Positions 1 to 13,900 of a stretch of 64,000 bases of DNA are shown here, in pieces. The DNA is taken from positions 35,092,001 to 35,156,000 of the forward strand of contig OZ024755.1 in the NCBI GenBank assembly GCA_964016885.1, given 5' to 3'. The translations under genes and the position numbers were made by a program. The DNA is from Eledone cirrhosa. Taxonomy: Eukaryota. How positions within the stretch are numbered: the stretch's first letter is position 1; each line of letters begins with the position of its first letter. The notes beneath the pieces were generated by a model, which did not search any database, was not told the origin of the DNA, and worked only from the letters and a program-made list of their open reading frames with translations.

Positions 1-79
1 TCTTAAGAATTCATTCTACTCAAACAACCAATCAAATCAGTTATTGCTGATTTCTTCCTGCTGAGTAAAGACTTTTCTT

Positions 80-330
80 CTATTCTTCCTGCTTGGAAAA
101 GGCCTTACATTTATTTTCCCATACCTTTCCATTTAAGGTTTCCAATCTCCAAGCATCGTTAAATCTATCGAATTCTTTCTTCCATCTCGTTTGTTGTCAT
201 CTGTTTCCTTTGTTGTCTCTCAGAATCCAGTATTTCAACTTTCCCATCCACCCGTTGTGACTCATCCTTTGGTTGTGTTTAGCAAAATACAATTTTGTTG
301 CTTTCTGATCTGTTATTCCAAGCATGTAAC
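80..330 (-). pseudogene. Degraded C-terminal end of an RTE-type LINE ORF
   Basis: Manual minus-strand translation HNGWMGKLKYWILRDNKGNR*QQTRWKKEFDRFNDAWRLETLNGKVWENKCKAFSKQEE* follows the RTE-type C-terminal pattern (W.PR..KR.RGR...RW.D....W......W....AF..Q); contains an in-frame stop. Confidence 0.5.
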
Positions 331-733
331 GGTCCTGAGTATGTTGAGCTTGTTATTAAGTCTTTTATCAGATTCCATTTATCTGCACCATTTTCTGCAA
401 TGTTTTCATGGCTATTGTGTATAAGCCTGCCATTTAACTATCTTAATGTCCTGTACCACATGAGGATGTATTAATAAGGCATTCTTGAAAATAACAAAAT
501 ACCAACATAACTGCACCACATTAAAAAATGAAATCTGTAGTCTAATATTGCAAATTTTCACAATCTGTCCACTACTAAAAACACTATTAACCCTTTAACA
601 TTTACATTACTCTATATTTACTATTGTATTTTTGTGGTAAAGGCTTTACCTTACATAATATCTCACATAACATTTACATTACTCTATATTTACTATTGTA
701 TTTTTGTGGTAAAGGCTTTACCTCACATAATTA

Positions 734-1323
734 TCTATATATATAAAACTGAGGATGTCTGTCTGTGTGTGTGTGAGTTTGAATCCCTAAAACTCGAGAA
801 GTACTCAACCGACTGTTTTTAAACTTTACACATATAATACTTATGTTTCAGGGAGTGTTCTGAGCATAAACAATTTCAAATTTTCAATGCCCTAGGGACT
901 GCATTAGGCGATTTAGCAATCTCTCTCTATAATTCTTAGTCTTTCTTTTTAGATAGATACATACATATAACGTCGCGCCCTTATAATATCTGTCTGTATG
1001 TCTGGCTGTCTGCATTACATCACTTCCTACAATTCGCTCTGCGTCCAGAACGCTCCCTTATAATATCTGTCTGTATGTCTGGCTGTCTGCTTCCTCCGGT
1101 TATTCTGCCACCCTTGCTCAAGACAAATCTCACACTCATTCCCCAAACAGTTGGTAAGTGCAAACAACTTCTTCCTCACGTTTTAAGCCACAGTGTTGCT
1201 TACTTTCGTACCACCAGACCCTTGCTTCTTTGCCAGCCGTGGTTGTGGCAATACTAAGCTTAGCTAATGCGGTTATATATTTCACAATACCTTATCCCGT
1301 GCAACGCCGGGTACCACTGCTAG
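734..1323 (+). mobile_element. Non-autonomous Helitron
   Basis: Starts A|TCTATATATATAAAAC. Ends with hairpin CCCGTGCAACGCCGGG, a short spacer and CTAG|T. No TSD. Confidence 0.75.
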
Positions 1324-1608
1324 TTTCACATAAAACGGAGAATGTCTGTCTGTCTGTCTGACTCCCTAAAACTCGAGAACCACCCAACCGATTGTTTTCA
1401 AACTTTACACATGTAATACTTATGGTCGTGCGAGTGTTTTGATCAAATAATATTTCAAATGTTCAATGCCTTATGGACTGCATTAGGCGATTTAGCGATC
1501 TTCCTATAATTCTTAGTCTGTCTTTCTAGATAGATACATAGCTATGACGTCGCGCCCTTATAATATCTGTCTGTATGCCTGATGTCTGCATTACAACATT
1601 ATGACACT

Positions 1609-1674
<66 letters not shown>

Positions 1675-2110
1675 GTGTGTAACGTTTTTCAAAATATTTA
1701 CTTCTGCATTCACAGATTAATTTTTTTTATTTTCAGAAGATCCTGTTAAGGGTGAAAGCAGTGATTCTTTGCTTAAACTTTAATCTGTTATTTTAATATA
1801 TATATATATATATATAATTATATATTCGTGTACAGATATTTCTGCATACACAATAACAAAATATAAACAAACGTATTTATTTCACGAGGCTCACAGCAGC
1901 AAAAACAACAACAAAAAGAGAGGGAACGCAATTACATGCTTTTGAAAAATCTTAATGGAAAATTATCTGCCTATTCACCCAAGGTGACTTCACTTTTTAT
2001 TAGGTCTTCTGCATCAATTGGTGAACATATGACAAAACTGTTTCAGAAAGGAGAGATAAACATGCTAATCTATGTTTAGAATCCTGAGCAACGCCGGGCC
2101 ATTCTGCTAG
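1324..2110 (+). mobile_element. Second non-autonomous Helitron in tandem (same 5' ~270 bp, different 3' part)
   Basis: 5' block is homologous to 740-1020 and 46533-46812. Ends CCTGAGCAACGCCGGG-CCATTCTG-CTAG|T. Confidence 0.65.
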
Positions 2111-2419
2111 TATATACTATTGTATATAATTATCTCACATAATATCAACTATGTGGGATTTTGATGTTAATTATTTTGAGAACAATACTTAGCATCAGTA
2201 TTAGCGGCCAGTTACAGCTAGATTGAACAGAAATAGGCGAGAGAATTCTGGTGGAATACCTCCAGCTTAAATGCTAAAGGGTTAAAAGTTTGAATTAATC
2301 AACTAGATTTTAAACCTTTTCTGCAGTAAATCATTACAGGATGTTTAGAACTAGCATAGACCACTGGACATTCTGTTTCTCCTGACCAGTTGATTACTTT
2401 GTGTTGACAATAGAACAGA

Positions 2420-3088
2420 ATCATCATCATCATCATCATCGTTTAACGTCCATATTCCACGCTTGCATGGGTTTGGACGGGAGTTTTCCCACTTGAGGCA
2501 AGAGCGGTTGTCTTGCTCGCATAGGACTGTCTGGCGGATTTTCTACGGCTGGATGCCCTTCCTAACACCAACCACATTTACAGTGTGGAACTGGGAGGTT
2601 TTTACCGTGTTACCTATACGGCCACATTACAGCGTGGACTGTGTGTTTTTTTGTCGTGACACCTACACAACCTTATTTGTTTCAGGCTGGATGTTGTGGC
2701 ACCAACATAACTTTACATTGAAAGGGGTGGTGTGGATGGGGTGGGGGTAGTGGGACGGGGTGTATTTTGTTAGAGGTGCCTACTGACTGTAGTAGGTTTT
2801 ACTTTGTATTTAGGTAAGGCGGGTCTTCTCTATTACTGTGTAGCGCCAAAGATCTCGGTCCAGTGACATTGTCTTGGAGAGGTGTAAGTGTGTGAGGTCG
2901 GAATTTATCAAGTCGTCCCAGGTTTTTCTGGGTCTGCCTACTCCGTGGCTACCATCTATTTTTATTGCCCTGTACTTTTTTATACAGCTATCATCTTTCA
3001 TGCGCATCACGTGACCATACCAACGTAGCCTTCTCTCGAGTAAACAACATCTGATCCCTCTTATTTCTAATTTTTCCCTTAGTTCCCT
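2420..3088 (-). mobile_element. 5'-truncated RTE-type LINE (family B) with long 3' UTR and (GAT)n tail
   Basis: ORF 2810-3106(-) [13 protein letters not shown]...GRPRKTWDD...DRDLWR; the 3' UTR is homologous to the copies at 24870, 33652 and 37391; (ATC)n at 2420-2440. Confidence 0.85.
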
Positions 3089-3094
3089 GTTGTA

Positions 3095-3788
3095 TATCAT
3101 CATCATCGTCTAACATCTATCTTCCACACTAGCATGGGTTAGACGAGAATTGTCCCACTTGAGGCAAGATTGATTGGGTGACCGTGTCTCGCTCGTATAT
3201 GACTGAATCTGGCAGGTTTTCTACGGCTGGATGCTCTTCCTAACACCAACCATATTTACAGTGTGGACTGGGAGCCTTTTTACTGTGTCTCCTACACAAC
3301 CAGTTTACAGTGTGGACTGGGAACCTTTTTATCATGTTTCCTACACAACCACTTTACAGTGTGGACTGGGAGCCTTTTTACCATGTCTCCTACACGACCA
3401 CTTTACAGTGTGGACTGGGAGCCTTTTTACCATGTCTCCTACACGACCACTTTACAGTGTGGACTGGGAGCCTTTTTACCATGTCTCCTACACGACCACT
3501 TTACAGTGTGGACTGGGAGCCTTTTTACTGTGTCTCCTACACGACCACTTTACAGTGTGGACTGGGAGCCTTTTTACTGTGTCTCCTACACGACCACTTT
3601 ACAGTGTGGACTGGGAGCCTTTTTACTGTGTCTCCTACACAACCAGTTTACAATGTGGACTGGGAGCCTTTTTACCATGTCTCCTACACGACCACTTTAC
3701 AGTGAGGACTAGGTGCTTTTTGTCATGTCTCCTACACACCCACTTTATAGCGTGGACTGGGAGCCTTTTTACCATGTTTCCTACACGA
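3095..3788 (-). mobile_element. LINE-B/SINE 3' module with an internal 49-bp tandem array (~11 units, 3250-3788)
   Basis: (ATC)n tail at 3095-3107, shared motif TGGATG(C)CCTTCCTAACACCAACC, then unit GTGGACTGGGAGCCTTTTTACCATGTCTCCTACACGACCACTTTACAGT; period 49 (3361, 3410). Confidence 0.8.
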
Positions 3789-4029
3789 TATGTGTATGAA
3801 AAAGGAATCACAACTACTCAATGTAAAAAAAATCTAAATTTTATCCATATTACTATCATGACTGTTGGTTTGACATCAGAACCCTTTAAATTGATTATAT
3901 AACATCTCAATAATTCAGTTACTCTATCTGAAATTTAACTTTAAATAAAAATAAATGAGTTGAATAAATCATGATTAATTTGCAAAATTTTGTTTAGAGA
4001 TACTTTCTATTTTATGTACTTACTTATAT

Positions 4030-4262
4030 TTTCACATACAGAGATGATGATGATATATATATATATCATTATCTCTGTATAGGAAAATATAAATAAGTAC
4101 ATATATGTATCTATATATATGCACATATACATATATATACATGTGCACACACACACACACACACATATATATAAATTCGCACATACACACACAACACACA
4201 AATATATATTCACACATACACACATATATGTATATATGTATATGTATATTATATATATATGC
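4030..4262. repeat. (TA)n/(CA)n microsatellite
   Basis: Read directly. Confidence 0.9.
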
Positions 4263-4918
4263 GTGCTTGTGTCATATTCTTTAGATGTTTTTCTTACTAT
4301 CACTGTTATTCTTACTTTAGTATGGTGTTATAGTTTTGTAATTAAATTAGTTGAATGAAATGTCTTCAGTCTTGAAAGTTCTACCTATCTTATAATGATG
4401 ATAAATCAATATTTGGTCAGAGGAAAATATACTCTTATTATCTTATATTTCTCCCGTAAATATTTTTATAATTATATTAAATCAATATTTAGTTGCATAT
4501 GCTAGTAATTTTGTTTTCTCAAATAGCAACTAATTATTTCAAATCAATATTTGATTGATACCATTTTACCGCTAAGATTACTGTGTATTTCTTCAGATAC
4601 ATCAGGTTTATTGTTTTATTGATGCTTCCAACACATTATAAAGATAAAAGATAGCAAAATAAAAAAAAAATTAAAAAATGTTACAATTTCTTGTTGATCA
4701 ATATTTTCACTGATTCTGTCTCAGAATTATGATAAGAGTACAAGTTTCTGTGGAATACTCAGCCATTTGCATGATATAATTCAATAGATAAGTAGTTCAT
4801 TGTAAAATATATGCTGATCAGCAATGGATTTACTATATAATTCAGACTTTAGTAAATGGAGGGGAGCAGTTCCTGATTGCTGCAAAAACAATGAAATACC
4901 TTTAACTACCAAAGACTC

Positions 4919-7900
4919 ATTCTCTCTCATATACACCAGGTCCAACCACAAAAGGACCAAACTCCCACTGTCATTACCTCCATCTCTCACATACATCAGC
5001 TCCAAACACAAAAGGACCAAACTCCCACTGTCATTACCTCCATCTCTCACATACACCAGGTCCGAACACAAAGGAACCAAACTCCCACTGTCATTACCTC
5101 CATCTCTCACATACATCAGCTCCAAATACAAAAGGACCAAACTCCCACTGTCATTACCTCCATCTCTCACATACACCAGCTCCAAACACAAAAGGACCAA
5201 ACTCCCACTGTCATTACCTCCATCTCTCACATACACCAGGTCCGAACACAAAGGAACCAAACTCCCACTGTCATTACCTCCATCTCTCACATACACCAGC
5301 TCCAAACACAAAAGGACCAAACTCCCACTGTCATTACCTCCATCTCTCACATACACCAGGTCCGAACACAAAGGAACCAAACTCCCACTGTCATTACCTC
5401 CATCTCTCACATACACCAGTTCCAAATACAAAAGGACCAAACTCCCACTGTCATTACCTCCATCTCTCATATACACCAGCTCCAAACACAAAAGGACCAA
5501 ACTCCCACTGTCATTACCTCCATCTCTCACATACATCAGCTCCAAATACAAAAGGACCAAACTCCCACTGTCATTACCTCCATCTCTCACATACATCAGC
5601 TCCAAACACAAAAGGACCAAACTCCCACTGTCATTATCTCCATCTCTCATATACACCAGCTCCAAACACAAAAGGACCAAACTCCCACTGTCATTACCTC
5701 CATCTCTCACATACATCAGCTCCAAATACAAAAGGACCAAACTCCCACTGTCATTACCTCCATCTCTCACATACATCAGCTCCAAACACAAAAGGACCAA
5801 ACTCCCACCGTCATTACCTCCATCTCTCATATACACCAGCTCCAAACACAAAAGGACCAAACTCTCACTGTCATTACCTCCATCTCTCATATACACCAGC
5901 TCCAAACACAAAAGGACCAAACTCCCACTGTCATTACCTCCATCTCTCACATACACCAGTTCCAAATACAAAAGGACCAAACTCCCACTGTCATTACCTC
6001 CATCTCTCATATACACCAGCTCCAAACACAAAAGGACCAAACTCCCACTGTCATTACCTCCATCTCTCACATACATCAGCTCCAAATACAAAAGGACCAA
6101 ACTCCCACTGTCATTACCTCCATCTCTCACATACACCAGCTCCAAACACAAAAGGACCAAACTCCCACTGTCATTACCTCCATCTCTCACATACACCAGC
6201 TCCAAACACAAAAGGACCAAACTCCCACTGTCATTACCTCCATCTCTCACATACACCAGCTCCAAACACAAAAGGACCAAACTCCCACTGTCATTACCTC
6301 CATCTCTCACATACACCAGTTCCAAATACAAAAGGACCAAACTCCCACTGTCATTACCTCCATCTCTCACATACATCAGCTCCAAATACAAAAGGACCAA
6401 ACTCCCACTGTCATTACCTCCATCTCTCACATACACCAGTTCCAAATACAAAAGGACCAAACTCCCACTGTCATTATCTCCATCTCTCACATACATCAGC
6501 TCCAAATACAAAAGGACCAAACTCCCACTGTCATTACCTCCATCTCTCACATACACCAGCTCCAAACACAAAAGGACCAAACTCTCACTGTCATTACCTC
6601 CATCTCTCACATACACCAGCTCCAAACACAAAAGGACCAAACTCCCACTGTCATTACCTCCATCTCTCACATACATCAGCTCCAAATACAAAAGGACCAA
6701 ACTCTCACTGTCATTACCTCCATCTCTCACATACACCAGCTCCAAACACAAAAGGACCAAACTCCCACTGTCATTATCTCCATCTCTCACATACATCAGC
6801 TCCAAACACAAAAGGACCAAACTCCCACTGTCATTACCTCCATCTCTCACATACATCAGCTCCAAACACAAAAGGACCAAACTCCCACTGTCATTACCTC
6901 CATCTCTCACATACATCAGCTCCAAACACAAAAGGACCAAACTCCCACTGTCATTACCTCCATCTCTCACATACACCAGTTCCAAACACAAAAGGACCAA
7001 ACTCCCACTGTCATTACCTCCATCTCTCACATACATCAGCTCCAAACACAAAAGGACCAAACTCCCACTGTCATTACCTCCATCTCTCACATACATCAGC
7101 TCCAAACACAAAAGGACCAAACTCCCACTGTCATTACCTCCATCTCTCACATACACCAGCTCCAAACACAAAAGGACCAAACTCCCACTGTCATTACCTC
7201 CATCTCTCACATACATCAGCTCCAAACACAAAAGGACCAAACTCCCACTGTCATTACCTCCATCTCTCACATACATCAGCTCCAAACACAAAAGGACCAA
7301 ACTCCCACTGTCATTACCTCCATCTCTCACATACATCAGCTCCAAACACAAAAGGACCAAACTCCCACTGTCATTACCTCCATCTCTCACATACATCAGC
7401 TCCAAACACAAAAGGAACAAACTCCCACTGTCATTACCTCCATCTCTCACATACACCAGCTCCAAACACAAAAGGACCAAACTCCCACCGTCATTACCTC
7501 CATCTCTCACATACACCAGCTCCAAACACAAAAGGACCAAACTCCCACTGTCATTACCTCCATCTCTCACATACATCAGCTCCAAATACAAAAGGACCAA
7601 ACTCTCACTGTCATTACCTCCATCTCTCACATACACCAGTTCCAAATACAAAAGGACCAAACTCCCACTGTCATTACCTCCATCTCTCACATACACCAGT
7701 TCCAAATACAAAAGGACCAGACTCCCACTGTCATTACCTCCATCTCTCATATACACCAGTTCCAAATACAAAAGGACCAGACTCCCACTGTCATTACCTC
7801 CATCTCTCACATACACCAGTTCCAAATACAAAAGGACCAAACTCCCACCGTCATTACCTCCATCTCTCACATACATCAGCTCCAAACACAAAAGGACCAA

Positions 7901-10900
7901 ACTCCCACTGTCATTACCTCCATCTCTCACATACATCAGCTCCAAATACAAAAGGACCAAACTCTCACTGTCATTACCTCCATCTCTCACATACACCAGT
8001 TCCAAATACAAAAGGACCAAACTCCCACTGTCATTACCTCCATCTCTCACATACACCAGTTCCAAATACAAAAGGACCAGACTCCCACTGTCATTACCTC
8101 CATCTCTCATATACACCAGTTCCAAATACAAAAGGACCAGACTCCCACTGTCATTACCTCCATCTCTCACATACACCAGTTCCAAATACAAAAGGACCAG
8201 ACTCCCACTGTCATTACCTCCATCTCTCACATACACCAGTTCCAAATACAAAAGGACCAGACTCCCACTGTCATTACCTCCATCTCTCACATACACCAGT
8301 TCCAAATACAAAAGGACCAAACTCCCACTGTCATTACCTCCATCTCTCACATACACCAGTTCCAAATACAAAAGGACCAAACTCCCACTGTCATTACCTC
8401 CATCTCTCACATACACCAGCTCCAAACACAAAAGGACCAAACTCCCACTGTCATTACCTCCATCTCTCACATACATCAGCTCCAAACACAAAAGGACCAA
8501 ACTCTCACTGTCATTACCTCCATCTCTCACATACACCAGTTCCAAATACAAAAGGACCAAACTCCCACTGTCATTACCTCCATCTCTCACATACATCAGC
8601 TCCAAACACAAAAGGACCAAACTCCCACTGTCATTACCTCCATCTCTCACATACACCAGCTCCAAACACAAAAGGACCAAACTCCCACTGTCATTACCTC
8701 CATCTCTCACATACACCAGCTCCAAACACAAAAGGACCAAACTCTCACTGTCATTACCTCCATCTCTCACATACATCAGCTCCAAACACAAAAGGACCAA
8801 ACTCCCACTGTCATTACCTCCATCTCTCACATACACCAGTTCCAAATACAAAAGGACCAAACTCCCACTGTCATTACCTCCATCTCTCACATACATCAGT
8901 TCCAAATACAAAAGGACCAAACTCCCACTGTCATTACCTCCATCTCTCACATACACCAGTTCCAAATACAAAAGGACCAAACTCCCACTGTCATTACCTC
9001 CATCTCTCACATACACCAGTTCCAAATACAAAAGGACCAAACTCCCACTGTCATTACCTCCATCTCTCACATACACCAGTTCCAAATACAAAAGGACCAA
9101 ACTCCCACTGTCATTACCTCCATCTCTCACATACACCAGTTCCAAATACAAAAGGACCAAACTCCCACTGTCATTACCTCCATCTCTCACATACACCAGT
9201 TCCAAATACAAAAGGACCAAACTCCCACTGTCATTACCTCCATCTCTCACATACATCAGCTCCAAACACAAAAGGACCAAACTCCCACTGTCATTACCTC
9301 CATCTCTCACATACACCAGCTCCAAACACAAAAGGACCAAACTCCCACTGTCATTACCTCCATCTCTCACATACACCAGCTCCAAACACAAAAGGACCAA
9401 ACTCTCACTGTCATTACCTCCATCTCTCACATACATCAGCTCCAAACACAAAAGGACCAAACTCCCACTGTCATTACCTCCATCTCTCACATACATCAGT
9501 TCCAAATACAAAAGGACCAAACTCTCACTGTCATTACCTCCATCTCTCACATACACCAGGTCCGAACACAAAGGAACCAAACTCCCACTGTCATTACCTC
9601 CATCTCTCATATACACCAGCTCCAAACACAAAAGGACCAAACTCTCACTGTCATTACCTCCGTCTCTCACATACACCAGCTCCAAATACAAAAGGACCAA
9701 ACTCCCACTGTCATTACCTCCATCTCTCACATACACCAGCTCCAAACACAAAAGGACCAAACTCCTACTGTCATTACCTCCATCTCTCACATACACCAGT
9801 TCCAAATACAAAAGGACCAAACTCCCACTGTCATTACCTCCATCTCTCACATACACCAGTTCCAAATACAAAAGGACCAAACTCCCACTGTCATTACCTC
9901 CATCTCTCACATACACCAGTTCCAAATACAAAAGGACCAAACTTCCACTGTCATTACCTCCATCTCTCACATACACCAGTTCCAAATACAAAAGGACCAA
10001 ACTCCCACTGTCATTACCTCCATCTCTCACATACATCAGCTCCAAACACAAAAGGACCAAACTCCCACTGTCATTACCTCCATCTCTCACATACACCAGC
10101 TCCAAACACAAAAGGACCAAACTCCCACTGTCATTACCTCCATCTCTCACATACACCAGCTCCAAACACAAAAGGACCAAACTCTCACTGTCATTACCTC
10201 CATCTCTCACATACATCAGCTCCAAACACAAAAGGACCAAACTCCCACTGTCATTACCTCCATCTCTCACATACATCAGTTCCAAATACAAAAGGACCAA
10301 ACTCTCACTGTCATTACCTCCATCTCTCATATACACCAGTTCCAAATACAAAAGGACCAAACTCCCACTGTCATTACCTCCATCTCTCACATACATCAGC
10401 TCCAAACACAAAAGGACCAAACTCCCACTGTCATTACCTCCATCTCTCACATACACCAGTTCCAAATACAAAAGGACCAAACTCCCACTGTCATTACCTC
10501 CATCTCTCACATACACCAGCTCCAAATACAAAAGGACCAAACTCCCACTGTCATTACCTCCATCTCTCATATACATCAGCTCCAAACACAAAAGGACCAA
10601 ACTCCCACTGTCATTACCTCCATCTCTCACATACACCAGTTCCAAATACAAAAGGACCAAACTCCCACTGTCATTACCTCCATCTCTCACATACACCAGC
10701 TCCAAATACAAAAGGACCAAACTCCCACTGTCATTACCTCCATCTCTCACATACACCAGCTCCAAACACAAAAGGACCAAACTCCCACTGTCATTACCTC
10801 CATCTCTCACATACATCAGCTCCAAACACAAAAGGACCAAACTCCCACTGTCATTACCTCCATCTCTCACATACACCAGCTCCAAATACAAAAGGACCAA

Positions 10901-13900
10901 ACTCCCACTGTCATTACCTCCATCTCTCACATACACCAGCTCCAAATACAAAAGGACCAAACTCCCACTGTCATTACCTCCATCTCTCACATACACCAGG
11001 TCCGAACACAAAGGAACCAAACTCCCACTGTCATTACCTCCATCTCTCATATACACCAGCTCCAAACACAAAAGGACCAAACTCTCACTGTCATTACCTC
11101 CGTCTCTCACATACACCAGCTCCAAATACAAAAGGACCAAACTCCCACTGTCATTACCTCCATCTCTCACATACACCAGCTCCAAATACAAAAGGACCAA
11201 ACTCCCACTGTCATTACCTCCATCTCTCACATACACCAGGTCCGAACACAAAGGAACCAAACTCCCACTGTCATTACCTCCATCTCTCACATACACCAGC
11301 TCCAAACACAAAAGGACCAAACTCCCACTGTCATTACCTCCATCTCTCACATACACCAGCTCCAAACACAAAAGGACCAAACTCCCACTGTCATTACCTC
11401 CATCTCTCACATACATCAGCTCCAAACACAAAAGGACCAAACTCCCACTGTCATTACCTCCATCTCTCACATACACCAGCTCCAAACACAAAAGGACCAA
11501 ACTCCCACTGTCATTACCTCCATCTCTCACATACATCAGCTCCAAACACAAAAGGACCAAACTCCCACTGTCATTACCTCCATCTCTCACATACATCAGC
11601 TCCAAACACAAAAGGACCAAACTCCCACTGTCATTACCTCCATCTCTCACATACACCAGTTCCAAATACAAAAGGACCAAACTCTCACTGTCATTACCTC
11701 CATCTCTCACATACACCAGCTCCAAATACAAAAGGACCAAACTCCCACTGTCATTACCTCCATCTCTCACATACACCAGGTCCGAACACAAAGGAACCAA
11801 ACTCCCACTGTCATTACCTCCATCTCTCATATACACCAGCTCCAAACACAAAAGGACCAAACTCCCACTGTCATTACCTCCATCTCTCACATACATCAGC
11901 TCCAAACACAAAAGGACCAAACTCCCACTGTCATTACCTCCATCTCTCACATACACCAGCTCCAAATACAAAAGGACCAAACTCCCACTGTCATTACCTC
12001 CATCTCTCACATACACCAGCTCCAAATACAAAAGGACCAAACTCCCACTGTCATTACCTCCATCTCTCACATACACCAGGTCCGAACACAAAGGAACCAA
12101 ACTCCCACTGTCATTACCTCCATCTCTCATATACACCAGCTCCAAACACAAAAGGACCAAACTCTCACTGTCATTACCTCCGTCTCTCACATACACCAGC
12201 TCCAAATACAAAAGGACCAAACTCCCACTGTCATTACCTCCATCTCTCACATACACCAGCTCCAAATACAAAAGGACCAAACTCCCACTGTCATTACCTC
12301 CATCTCTCACATACACCAGGTCCGAACACAAAGGAACCAAACTCCCACTGTCATTACCTCCATCTCTCACATACACCAGCTCCAAACACAAAAGGACCAA
12401 ACTCCCACTGTCATTACCTCCATCTCTCACATACACCAGCTCCAAACACAAAAGGAACCAAACTCCCACTGTCATTACCTCCATCTCTCACATACACCAG
12501 CTCCAAACACAAAAGGACCAAACTCCCACTGTCATTACCTCCATCTCTCACATACACCAGCTCCAAACACAAAAGGACCAAACTCCCACTGTCATTACCT
12601 CCATCTCTCACATACATCAGCTCCAAACACAAAAGGACCAAACTCCCACTGTCATTACCTCCATCTCTCACATACATCAGCTCCAAACACAAAAGGACCA
12701 AACTCCCACTGTCATTACCTCCATCTCTCACATACACCAGTTCCAAATACAAAAGGACCAAACTCCCACTGTCATTACCTCCATCTCTCACATACACCAG
12801 CTCCAAATACAAAAGGACCAAACTCCCACTGTCATTACCTCCATCTCTCACATACACCAGCTCCAAATACAAAAGGACCAAACTCCCACTGTCATTACCT
12901 CCATCTCTCACATACACCAGGTCCGAACACAAAGGAACCAAACTCCCACTGTCATTACCTCCATCTCTCACATACACCAGCTCCAAACACAAAAGGACCA
13001 AACTCCCACTGTCATTACCTCCATCTCTCACATACACCAGCTCCAAACACAAAAGGAACCAAACTCCCACTGTCATTACCTCCATCTCTCACATACACCA
13101 GCTCCAAACACAAAAGGACCAAACTCCCACTGTCATTACCTCCATCTCTCACATACACCAGCTCCAAACACAAAAGGACCAAACTCCCACTGTCATTACC
13201 TCCATCTCTCACATACATCAGCTCCAAACACAAAAGGACCAAACTCCCACTGTCATTACCTCCATCTCTCACATACATCAGCTCCAAACACAAAAGGACC
13301 AAACTCCCACTGTCATTACCTCCATCTCTCACATACACCAGCTCCAAACACAAAAGGACCAAACTCCCACTGTCATTACCTCCATCTCTCACATACACCA
13401 GCTCCAAACACAAAAGGACCAAACTCCCACTGTCATTACCTCCATCTCTCACATACACCAGCTCCAAACACAAAAGGACCAAACTCCCACTGTCATTACC
13501 TCCATCTCTCACATACACCAGCTCCAAACACAAAAGGACCAAACTCCCACTGTCATTACCTCCATCTCTCACATACACCAGCTCCAAACACAAAAGGACC
13601 AAACTCCCACTGTCATTACCTCCATCTCTCATATACACCAGCTCCAAACACAAAAGGACCAAACTCCCACTGTCATTACCTCCATCTCTCACATACACCA
13701 GCTCCAAACACAAAAGGACCAAACTCCCACTGTCATTACCTCCATCTCTCACATACACCAGCTCCAAACACAAAAGGACCAAACTCCCACTGTCATTACC
13801 TCCATCTCTCACATACACCAGCTCCAAACACAAAAGGACCAAACTCCCACTGTCATTACCTCCATCTCTCACATACACCAGCTCCAAACACAAAAGGACC

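Larger units (their letters stand above)
591..2281. mobile_element. piggyBac-like MITE (TTAA-flanked) interrupted by two Helitrons
   Basis: TTAA(587-590)+CCCTTTAACATTTA ... TAAATGCTAAAGGG+TTAA(2282-2285). The outer segments 591-733 and 2111-2281 match the reverse complement of the intact copy at 53872-54090. Confidence 0.75.
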
